From assembly GCA_964016885.1 (NCBI GenBank), contig OZ024743.1, positions 98,642,001 through 98,706,000 on the forward strand: 64,000 nucleotides of DNA. The letters run 5' to 3'. Made by a program: the position numbers and the translations under genes. The DNA is from Eledone cirrhosa. Lineage: Eukaryota. Shown one piece after another: positions 49,119 to 58,859 of the stretch (positions are counted from its first letter, which is position 1; every line of letters begins with the position of its first letter). The notes under the pieces were generated by a model. It saw only the letters and a program-made list of their open reading frames with translations, was not told where the DNA came from and did not search any database.

Positions 49119-52100
49119 ATGGATGTGTTAAGAGTAGGATGTTTGAATGCACGTGGCCTGGGCTCAACTTGGAAGCAAGCAAAGCTTCTAAATGACCTCA
49201 GGTCATGTAGTATAAATGTAATGGTTATCTGTGAGACTCGAATCAGCGTCATGCGGCAGCTGGCCTCCACCTTCGATGACTTTGAGGTGCATGCATCTCT
49301 CTGTCAACCTGGAGGTGGGGGTGGGGTTGTCGTGCTGCTGCAAAAACACCTGGGTCTTGCCGTACAGGTTGTGCACTCGGACCCGGAGGGTCGTTTGTTG
49401 GTGCTAGACGTTGGCAGTAGTGAAAGTGCGGCCTTGAGACTGGTCGCCGTCTACTCCCCTTTCGGAGCTGAACGGCCCGACTTCTTCCAGCGTTTGGAGA
49501 CTTTTCTGGGAACGTCGCGTTCCCTGCTTCTAACGGGGGATTGGAATGACATCCTGGATGCACGTTGGGACTATGCAGGAGCATGTCCTAATAGAGGGGG
49601 GTGTAACAGCCTCAAGGGGTTACTCGACCGTTTTAACTTGGTCGATAGATATCGACTAGATTTTCCAACTGTGCCTACCTGGACTTGGAGAAACCACAGT
49701 GGTCAATCTAGATCGTACTTAGATAGATTCTTAGTTAGAAGTAAGGATAGGGACATATTAAGCTGTCCAGAAATGCGCACGGTTGGCTACACGGATCACA
49801 AATTAGTGACCTGCGTGGTCAATCTCGAGAAAACACATAGACAGGGTCCCGGTTACTGGAAACTTAATTTGTCTTTACCGGCAAAAGAGACTTACAGAAA
49901 CCGGATTAGCAGATTAGTTAAGGAGAGGTTGACGGGTGCAATCGTCAATAACCGATGGTGGGCATCTCTCAAAAGAGAGATTAGAACAGAATCAATAAGT
50001 TATAGCAAGATGTTAGCTGCCAATAGGAATAGAAACGAGAAAGAATTAACAGGTAAATTAGAAGAGGCAATCAAGAGCGAAAATGTGGCCAGAGTGCTGG
50101 CATCGAGGACGGCCTTGAACCAGTTTTTCGATGCAAAGCATGAAGGCTGCGTCATTCGAAGTAAAATACGTGCTCTAGGTAATGAGGGGGCCAAAGCCGT
50201 TGGATGGGCCCGCGTGACAGAAGCTAAAAGTGGAAATCGATCCACCATCCGGTCGTTGCAAGACGAAGATGGACGAGTGATCCGGGAGCCTAAGCAGATG
50301 TGCGAGGCCTTTCAAAAGCACTTTGCCCGATTGTTCGGGGGAGGCGAGGGTCCGGGCCGGGGCGTGGATTTCGGTCCATACCTCGACGGCCTGCCGCGTC
50401 TCTCGAACAAAGAGGCAGAGTCCTGCGAGGGACCAATCTCGGCTGATGAGATCGGAGATGCGCTGAGCCAATGCAGCAGACGCAAATCTCCAGGTCTCGA
50501 TGGTATACCTTACGAACTTTATTTAGCAATGCCGGTCTTCTTCTCCGAACTCCTCGAAGCGGTCTACTGCAATTGGCAGCAGAACGGGAGAATTCCTTGT
50601 TCTGTAGCCAAGGGCGTAGTCACGCTGGTGAGGAAGGACGAGAACAAGGGGGATAGTATAAATAATTTTCGGCCCATAACCCTGCTAAACACAGAGTTAA
50701 AGATTTTGGCCAAGGTGTTAGCAAAGAGGTTGGCGCTTGTCGTGGGTAGCCTGGTGGGAGATGCGCAGACATGTGCTATCCCATCCAGGTCCATTCACGA
50801 TAACCTCCACCTCATGCGATACATCATAGAGAGGGTTGGCAACAAACCCGGCTTCGGTGGGGCCCTGATCAACTTGGATCAGTCTAAGGCCTTCGATAGG
50901 GTCGACCATGGTTACCTGGATGCGGTGCTAGCGGCGGCTGGGTTCGGTCCTGTTTTCAGAGGCTGGATCACTGCCCTACATAGCAACCACATCTGTTCTA
51001 GGATCAAGGTGAACGGCTACCTTTCGAAGCCGTTCGAAATCACACGATCCATTCGACAGGGGTGCCCTCTCTCCTCCCTTCTGTACGTATTGACTCTCGA
51101 GCCTTTACTGAGGAAGTTGGAGTTGTTGCAGGGTATCCCCCTGGAACCAGGATTGAGCAAAGCGGTGTCGGCCTACGCCGATGACGTAACAGTAATGGTA
51201 TCAACCGACTCGGAGATCGAGGCGATCGGTACCTTACTGGAGGAGTACGAAAGGTTGTCAGGAGCGAAACTGAACCGGGAAAAATCCATCGGGCTGCAAC
51301 TCGGAACGTGGAGAGGCAAACCGATGCCTCCTGACGGTGTCGTCGGACACTGGACGGAGGGCCCGGTAAAGTTGCTTGGGGTCTGGTTTGGACCGGACCT
51401 CCAGGTGGAAAAGAACTGGAACGAGGTTACGAACAAGGTGTTTGCACTAACCCAGAAATGGGCCAAGTGTAAGCTGTCCCTAAAAGGCCGGGCGGAGGTG
51501 GCGAACATTTACATAGCGTCCGTCACTTACTACCGCCTGACTGTCGTGCCTTGCCCTAAGGAAACACTCACCACCATGGAACGCATGCTCTTCCAATTTC
51601 TTTGGAAGAAGCGTCCTCCTATGGTGAGAAGATCCATCTGCTGCCAACAACCTTCGAAAGGAGGGCTGGGGACGCCGTGGTTGATGATGCGTAGGCACGC
51701 ATTAAGGCTACGGCACCTACAGGTATTCCTCACTGGTCAACCGGTGTGGGCTCCGTTCGTGAAACGAGCCTTTCCGAGACTCGTCTCGCTCACCGAGCTA
51801 CAGTCCTGGGTCAAGCAAAGATCCGGAAAACTGGGAGACTGGCACACTGAGTGTGCTCAGGCGCTCAGGGCTCTCTGGCAAGCGGGCCGGGCCATCGGTG
51901 GAGAATCCACCTCATCATTCTATAGAGGGCTGGTGGCTAGCAGGGGCGATGACACCCTTGGAGAGTCGCTGGACATGGAAGAAGACGAACTGGCCAGCCT
52001 GTTCGGTAGGACTTTCGGCCCAGGACCAATGGACAACTTCCAGAAGTCACTGGCCTGGCAGTGCTACCGAGGGGCTCTACCCGTTCGAGAGAGGCTCTAC

Positions 52101-52556
52101 AGACACGGGCGCCCGGGCAGGGATCCCTCGAAAAAGATTTGCCCTAGATGCGTGCGTCACGAAGAAACCGTAGCGCACGCATTGGTGCAATGTCCGGGCG
52201 TGGCTGATCTGTGGGGCTACGCCGAACAACTGCTGTCGCGGGTGGCGCCGATTAAATTGACCGCCGAGTCCGTGATGACAATCAAACCGCCTCCCCTCTT
52301 CACAAAGGAAGCAAAGGCGGTTTTTCTGTGCGTAATAGCCATGTTGAAAGAGGTTGTTTGGTGGACACGATTGAAAGGTCTGAGGTCAGGCAACTTCCTC
52401 TCTGGCCATAGTCTGGTCTACTTCTTCCGATATCACTTCGGAAGAAGGATAAGAATGGAGAGAGAGGTGCTTGGCCACAGGCAGTTTTATGAAAGGTGGG
52501 TGATAGTGGCGAGAATGGCTCGTGTAAATGGGCCTTCTCTGTATACCATCCTGTAG
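49119..52556 (+). CDS. LINE ORF2 protein: APE endonuclease + reverse transcriptase + C-terminal CCHC finger, intact
   Basis: 1145 aa with LNARGL, CETR, GDWN, LDRF, TDH, GPGYWKLN, SPGLDG, FRPITLLN, LDQSKAFDRV, RQGCPLS, AYADD and CPRC...ETVAHALVQC. Confidence 0.95.
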   Translation: MDVLRVGCLNARGLGSTWKQAKLLNDLRSCSINVMVICETRISVMRQLASTFDDFEVHASLCQPGGGGGVVVLLQKHLGLAVQVVHSDPEGRLLVLDVGSSESAALRLVAVYSPFGAERPDFFQRLETFLGTSRSLLLTGDWNDILDARWDYAGACPNRGGCNSLKGLLDRFNLVDRYRLDFPTVPTWTWRNHSGQSRSYLDRFLVRSKDRDILSCPEMRTVGYTDHKLVTCVVNLEKTHRQGPGYWKLNLSLPAKETYRNRISRLVKERLTGAIVNNRWWASLKREIRTESISYSKMLAANRNRNEKELTGKLEEAIKSENVARVLASRTALNQFFDAKHEGCVIRSKIRALGNEGAKAVGWARVTEAKSGNRSTIRSLQDEDGRVIREPKQMCEAFQKHFARLFGGGEGPGRGVDFGPYLDGLPRLSNKEAESCEGPISADEIGDALSQCSRRKSPGLDGIPYELYLAMPVFFSELLEAVYCNWQQNGRIPCSVAKGVVTLVRKDENKGDSINNFRPITLLNTELKILAKVLAKRLALVVGSLVGDAQTCAIPSRSIHDNLHLMRYIIERVGNKPGFGGALINLDQSKAFDRVDHGYLDAVLAAAGFGPVFRGWITALHSNHICSRIKVNGYLSKPFEITRSIRQGCPLSSLLYVLTLEPLLRKLELLQGIPLEPGLSKAVSAYADDVTVMVSTDSEIEAIGTLLEEYERLSGAKLNREKSIGLQLGTWRGKPMPPDGVVGHWTEGPVKLLGVWFGPDLQVEKNWNEVTNKVFALTQKWAKCKLSLKGRAEVANIYIASVTYYRLTVVPCPKETLTTMERMLFQFLWKKRPPMVRRSICCQQPSKGGLGTPWLMMRRHALRLRHLQVFLTGQPVWAPFVKRAFPRLVSLTELQSWVKQRSGKLGDWHTECAQALRALWQAGRAIGGESTSSFYRGLVASRGDDTLGESLDMEEDELASLFGRTFGPGPMDNFQKSLAWQCYRGALPVRERLYRHGRPGRDPSKKICPRCVRHEETVAHALVQCPGVADLWGYAEQLLSRVAPIKLTAESVMTIKPPPLFTKEAKAVFLCVIAMLKEVVWWTRLKGLRSGNFLSGHSLVYFFRYHFGRRIRMEREVLGHRQFYERWVIVARMARVNGPSLYTIL

Positions 52557-52771
52557 GTAAAGAAGTAAAGGAGAGGGGAGCACCTTCTCCATGTGCTCCC
52601 CGGGCAAAGGATTGCACACTTTTTCGGGGGTGTGTGCAACCCCCATCACGTCCCCTCCCTTTTGAGGTTATTTTCGATTATTTTCATGTTACACCCTTTT
52701 TACTCGATTATATGTAAACTCCCCCTTTGTATTTGTCCCTTCTTTTTATGCCTTTATGGTAAATAAAGAAA

Positions 52772-53123
52772 TCTATATATATAAAACTGTGGTTGTCTGT
52801 CTGTCTATCGATTTTTGGCACACATCTCCTCTTAGAATCTCTCACGGAATTGCACCGAAATTGCTATACTTGTACATTGAGCCCTAGCGAAGACATCGGA
52901 AAAAAAAGAATTTCAAATTGACCCACCCTATGTGACGAAATCGAATATAATGTATCGATTTTTGAGCGTAAGTGATCAGTTATTTCCCTTTGTTCTGTTT
53001 ACATTGAGCGTCTGCGTGCAAAAATTAAAAAAATTACGCTGGCTTTCTCAGCGTTTAAAATGACATTAACACAATACACGATTTAAAGACTACGTAAAAC
53101 AAGCCTTTTAAAACAATATTTTT
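52772..53123 (+). mobile_element. Partial copy (5' ~350 bp) of a non-autonomous Helitron
   Basis: Near-identical to the first ~350 bp of the copy starting at 53125 (two substitutions seen). Confidence 0.85.
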
Positions 53124-53124
53124 A

Positions 53125-54018
53125 TCTATATATATAAAACTGTGGTTGTCTGTCTGTCTATCGATTTTTGGCACACATCTCCTCTTAGAATCTCTCACGG
53201 AATTGCACCGAAATTGCTATACTTGTACATTGAGCCCTAGCGAAGACATCGGAAAAAAAAGAATTTCAAATTGACCCACCCTATGTGACGAAATCGAATA
53301 TAATGTATCGATTTTTGAGCGTAAGCGATCAGTTATTTCCCTTTGTTCTGTTTACATTGAGCGTCTGCGTGCAAAAATTAAAAAAATTACGCTGGCTTTC
53401 TCAGCGTTTAAAGTGACATTAACACAATACACGATTTAAAGACTACGTAAAACAAGCCTTTTAAAACAATATTTTTACTTGAAAACAAGTCTATTTAAAA
53501 ACTACTTAAAACAAACAAATATTTCGTAAAAAAAAGCAAAAATTATATAAGTTTATATAAAATATATGTATCTGTAAATTTCGTTAGGCGTGCAGACAGA
53601 CAGTCGTGCAGAGAGGTGATATAGGCGTGCAGACAGACAGTCGTGCAGAGAGGTGATATAGGCGTGCAGACAGATAGTCGTGCAGAGAGGTGATATAGGC
53701 GTGCAGACAGACATAACTGATAATTTGGTTACGCTAATGTTTTTCTCTGCGTTGCAGTGTTTACATTTTCGATCTTTGTTAATAAATAACCAGTGCAGTT
53801 TCTATCCCCAGCATCCTCTTTTGTTATAACATTCGGGTTATCGTTATGTTTTCTTAACTTCATAAGGCATATTGTTGATTGAGGGAATATTAATCAAAAA
53901 CACCACATGCAAGTCTGCAGAGTAAACACTACAGTTTTTAAGCCAAGAAAGAAACTTAACATTGTAACTTTAACACAGCTACTGAGCGACCCCGAGCAAC
54001 GCCGGGCTTTACTGCTAG
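53125..54018 (+). mobile_element. Non-autonomous Helitron, complete
   Basis: Starts A|TCTATATATATAAAA, has (GTCT)n near the 5' end, a subterminal hairpin CCCG-AGCAACGC-CGGG and a CTAG|T end. An internal 37-bp repeat occurs three times plus a partial at 53585-53714. Confidence 0.88.
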
Positions 54019-54801
54019 TATATATATATATATATATAAAACTGTGGTTGTCTGTCTGTCTATCGAATTTTGGCACACATCTCCTCTTAGAATCTCTCAC
54101 GGAATTGCACCGAAATTGCTATACTTGTACATTGAGCCCTAGCGAAGACATCGGAAAAAAAAGAATTTCAAATTGACCCACCCTATGTGACGAAATCGAA
54201 TATAATGTATCGATTTTTGAGCGTAAGTTATCAGTTATTTCCCTTTGTTCTGTTTACATTGAGCATCTTACGTAAAAAATTACGCTGGCTTTCTCAGCGT
54301 TTAAAATGACATTAACACAATACACGAACATTCGAACACTAAGCTTCCGTTTTGCTTCATTTCCATTTAAAAGCATTTTAAAACAATATTTTTACTTGAA
54401 AACAAGTCTATTTAAAGACTACGTAAAACAAGCAAATATTTCAGGCGTGCAGACAGATAGTCGTGCAGAGAGGTGATATAGGCGTGCAGACAGACATAAC
54501 TGATAATTTGGTTACGCTAATGTTTTTCTCTGCGTTGCAGTGTTTACATTTTCGATCTTTGTTAATAAATAACCAGTGCAGTTTTTATCCCCAGCATCCT
54601 CTTTTGTTATAACATTCGGGTTATCGTTATGTTTTCTTAACTTCATAAGGCATATTGTTGGTTGAGGGAATATTAATCAAAAACACCACATGCAAGTCTG
54701 CACAGTAGACACTACAGTTTTTAAGCCAAAAAAGAAACTTAACATTGTAACTTTAACACAGCTACTGAGCGACCCCGAGCAACGCCGGGCTTTACTGCTA
54801 G
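54019..54801 (+). mobile_element. Non-autonomous Helitron, second complete copy, head-to-tail
   Basis: Same body, hairpin and CTAG|T end. The 5' TC is replaced by (TA)n and there are fewer 37-bp units. Confidence 0.88.
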
Positions 54802-55338
54802 TATTTGATAAATGGATATGTATGCAAAAAGTAAACAGAAAGAACACAACCATCACAGTACAATGTGATGAGCCAAGAATTTGATATACCTCTTCACAAA
54901 TAATATTGCGAAACGGTTCCATCAAAAACCGTCCGGGTCAATGGTAGTTACCACAATACTGGTTTGTATTTATTTTTCTTGCTTTATTCTTAAATTGAGT
55001 CTAGCAAACCCTATTGTCTGTAGTTAGTATTTTTTTCCCCTTAGCATTTCTGGTCCATTACGATTTGAATGCATACATGTATATGTCTGTGTTCGTTTTT
55101 CTTTTTTGTTCAATTATACTATACGGCTCAGAAAAACCTTTTTCCTAGAGCTAATTTTACTGTAATGAGACTATTTTGAGTTTCTAACTCAATACATGCT
55201 TTTGATATCATATATATATATATACACAAGCAAGACATGGTCACTGGTCACCTGACCTGGCATTGCTCACAACAGAATAACTCATCTAACCCATGCCAGC
55301 ATGAAAAAATGGACATAAACGAACATAAGATGATGGTG

Positions 55339-55388
<50 letters not shown>

Positions 55389-55540
55389 TATATATATATA
55401 ATTGTTTCTACTTTTGGCACAAGGCCAGCAATTACCCAGTACATTACTGGTACTTTATTTTATCGACCCCGATATATAATGAGAGGTACACACACATATG
55501 TGCATACATACATACACATGTATATATACACATATATTTT

Positions 55541-56120
55541 CTCAAGTATGTGAGATTGTGTGTTGTCGACCTTAGCCAGTGTTGCTCTATGATTATGAGA
55601 GACAAGATAATGGGAATAATTAAATTGACTCAATATCAGAGCTATGTAACAAATTATAAAGTAAGAAGAAATAATAGACACAGATATATACCTATTTTTT
55701 CTTCAATGTCCCGACTGTACAGTTTCACTGGTCACTATGCTTTCAAGCAAACACTATATACACTTTCAGTCAACCTTACCACCCCTCTGTAGCCTCTGTA
55801 TCATACTAATATCCCCTTCTGCCTTCTGAGATATTTTTCACTGCTACAAGGGATTTAGGTCCCTTTTTTTGACCGGTGTATCACGTGATAGTATCTCCCT
55901 CCGCCTTTTTGAGATTTTCTTGCCTGCTACAGACGTGTCTTGAAGCTCTCTTTCCCTGAGGTGTTCCCTTGAAAAGCTGGCTTACCTCACAATAATGTTA
56001 CATCTCTATGATATAAGATGTTTGCATAGTGACCAATGAAACTGTACAGTCGGGACATTGAAGAGAAAATAGGTATATATCTGTATCTACTATTTCATCT
56101 TACTTTATAATATGTTATAT
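55541..56120. mobile_element. PLE pseudo-LTR remnant with ~98-bp inverted repeats and a hammerhead
   Basis: 55643-55740 and 56024-56120 are inverted, with an unpaired extension on the left. Confidence 0.75.
55962..56057 (+). ncRNA. Type-I hammerhead ribozyme motif, U3-A8 core variant
   Basis: TGTTCCC-TTGAAAA-GCTGG...CCAAT-GAAA-CTGTACAG-TC-GGGACA. The inverted copy preserves CCAGT, which restores stem II pairing. Confidence 0.72.
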
Positions 56121-56121
56121 A

Positions 56122-56625
56122 TATGAAGGATGACAGCTGCATAAAAAGGTGCAGAGCACTAGTAGTCAATGGAAACCGCGGAGTGAGGAGATCCAAGAAG
56201 ACCTGGGATGAGGGGATAAAAGCCGACCTTACCCAATTACACCTCTCAAAGGCGATGTGACACACGACCGTGACCTCTGGCGTCACGCAATAATACAGAG
56301 TACCCGACCTCCCATGGGTACAAGCTGAAGCATATAGACAATATGCCCCCACACCCTCCCACTGCAAAGTGGTCGTGGAGGTGCCACGGCAAAAAAGCAC
56401 CCAGCCCACACTGTAAAGTGGACGTGTAGGCGCCACGGAAAAAAGCACCCACTGTAAATGAGGTTGGTGTTAGGAAGGGCATCCAGCTGTAGAAATCAAG
56501 CCAAAATCAGTTCCTGTATGAGCAAGGCAAGGTCAGCCGACCAGACATTGCCCACAACAGGACAACCCGGCTAACTCATGCTAGCATGGAAGAACGGACG
56601 TAAAACGGTGATGATGATGATGATA
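56122..56625 (+). mobile_element. RTE family A 3' fragment
   Basis: Near-identical to 33603-34094, with a (GAT)n tail. Confidence 0.9.
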
Positions 56626-56920
56626 TATTTACCTTTGGAATTTGTTGTTATTATTATCTGTAACTGGCAACCATGCAGTCAAACTTTTAGTCATGCTGTT
56701 TACCTTTAATATCCTAATTGGGTCCACTCTGAGGCCAAGAATTTATTTCTTGCATCATTGAGTGTTTAGACCTTACCTCAAATAATTCGAATTGTGTTGC
56801 CTATGTGCAAATATAATTCCAATGTACTACTATAAATATGTATATAACCCTTGCTAGCAGGGAAAGTGGACATTAAATGATGAGGATGATATATATATAT
56901 TTATATATATATATATATAT

Positions 56921-57210
56921 CATTATCATCATCATTTTACGTCCGCTTTTCCCTGATTGCAAAGGTGGGACGGGAACTGGTTCTGGCTTGATTTCTACAG
57001 CTGGATGCCCTTCCTAACACCAACCTCATTTACAGTGAGTGCTGGGTGCTTTTTTGCCGTGGCACCTCCACGACCACTTTGAAGTGGAATGATAGGGACC
57101 CCAGCCCCTATCATCTCATTTCTACAGCTGAGTAAACTGGAGCAATGTGAAATAAAGTGTCTTGCTCAAGGAAACAACACATCACCTGCTCAAGGAAACA
57201 ACACATCACC
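56921..57210 (-). mobile_element. SINE family 1, head missing, with a 24-bp duplication at the break
   Basis: Matches 37381-37650. TGCTCAAGGAAACAACACATCACC is present twice. Confidence 0.82.
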
Positions 57211-57227
57211 ATATATATATATATGTT

Positions 57228-57394
57228 GGAACAAGTATGACCCCGAGTATTCTGCAGTCCAGAATTATCCGTCGAAACGGCTTGAGCTCTGCCGTCGGGG
57301 TCATACTTGTTCCTATTACCCACTCTACTACCCTAAGTATTGAGTACTTTGGTGCGTTATGGTCCATCTGGTTCTTTACCACATTTCCTTCGTT
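57228..57394 (+). mobile_element. Short PLE-like remnant: 19-bp inverted repeat, half hammerhead, ~80-bp tail
   Basis: 57228-57246 and 57295-57313 are inverted. The interior reads GAAA-CGGC-TTGAGCTCT-GCCG-TC-GGGGTC. (TA)n flanks. Confidence 0.6.
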
Positions 57395-57644
57395 ATATAT
57401 ATGTATATATATATATATATATATCATACTCTGCTCTGTAGGAGCATAGAGTGCTCAACCGGCAAACCACCTATGGACACATCTTAGCTACCATAAGACA
57501 TATATATATATAAATGTATAAAAGGATAAAGATGCCATAACTCCTTGTGGAGCCATAGAGACACCATTATACGGCGTGTTTAGAACAAATTTAAACCTGG
57601 CGGAGCCCAACCTTCTTCTGATCTGAACACACACAATTTTTTCT

Positions 57645-57812
57645 ATAAAGGTAGCATCGACTCCAGTACAGAACTGGTACTTTTTTTATCGACCTCGAAA
57701 GGATGAAAGGCAAAGTTGATTATAGTGGGATTTGAACTCAGAATGCATAATGTGGTAGGACGAGTACCATAAAGCATTCTAGCCAACGTCTTAACAACTC
57801 TGCCAATTGGCC
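57645..57812 (-). mobile_element. Degraded SINE family 2
   Basis: CTGGTACTT...TATCGACCTCGAAAGGATGAAAGGCAAAGTTGA...GGGATTTGAACTCAG...CTCTGCCAATT. Confidence 0.7.
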
Positions 57813-58645
57813 TTTTATATGTGTGTGTGTGTATGTATATGTGTGCACGTATGAGCATGTGTGTGTATGTGTGCGAGTGTTTGTGTGTATGTGTATGAGT
57901 GTGTGTATGTGTGTGAGTGTGTGTGTGTGTGTCTGATTGTTTGTGTGTGAATGTTTGTGTGTGATTATAATTACTTAATTAAGTACCAGATCTGGAAAAA
58001 ACAAAGTCATGATCTTGATATGATCAACTAAACCCCTTCAATGCCCCAGCATGACCGTACTCCCATGACTGAAACCAAGAAACATATTTACAATGTACTT
58101 TGACTAGATGTCCTTCAAATATATCAGTTTATCTTTCCCAAACAATCAAATGTTTAACAATCAAATATTCTTCTTTGATATCAGTGAATTTCAAAAAGCC
58201 AAAAAAACTCTTACATTGCTTGTAATCTTCTGTTTCTTGTAATCTTATTTCTATCCCTAGAGAAAAAACTCTCAATATTTGATTCTGATAAACAAAATAT
58301 ATCTTTGTAGTAAGATTTCTGCCTCATGACTGTCATTTGAGTACACAAACGTTGTTTTTTTTTTCTATCTATCTCAAATTTTTTCCCTTGTAACCAAAAT
58401 TTTTTAATTTATATAATTTGAAGTGTATTTATCTATCTTGGTTGAAGTTTTCTTTCTAGTTTTATATATACACAAATACGAATGTTTATACATGCACTTC
58501 TATCTTTATATGCATATAGTATAGGCAATTATGTATACATGTCTAGTGAACATTAATAGGGAAGAGGTTAATATATTCATATACATATATATAATTATAT
58601 ATCATCATCATCATCATCATCATTTTACGTCCGCTTTTCCCTGCT

Positions 58646-58680
<35 letters not shown>

Positions 58681-58729
58681 ATATATATGTATATATATGT
58701 ATATATATATATATATATGTATATATGAC

Positions 58730-58855
58730 ATAACAGATTAAAGTTTAAGCAAAGAATTGCTGCTTTCACCCAGAAGATCCCGTTAAGAGTGAAAGCAGTG
58801 ATTCTTTGCTTAAACTTTAATCTGTTATTTTAATAAATATTTGCTCTACGGTTCT
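58730..58855. repeat. 40-bp inverted repeat with 19-bp spacer and short tail (possible PLE remnant)
   Basis: 58730-58769 and 58789-58828, 2 mismatches, next to (TA)n. Confidence 0.6.
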
Positions 58856-58859
58856 TATA

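Larger units (their letters stand above)
47718..52770 (+). mobile_element. Tx1/L1-clade LINE, slightly 5'-truncated, with 20-bp TSD
   Basis: Two ORFs and a 3'UTR ending AATAAAGAA. ATCTATATATATAAAACTGT occurs at 47698-47717 and 52771-52790. Confidence 0.93.

Noticed and set aside
47933-52717. Antisense and overlapping ORFs inside the Tx1 LINE
   Set aside because: They have no recognisable motifs and are expected shadows of long, compositionally biased ORFs.
58766-58800. Hammerhead in the 40-bp inverted repeat (CAGAAGA...GAAAGC)
   Set aside because: The core and stems are too degenerate to support the call.
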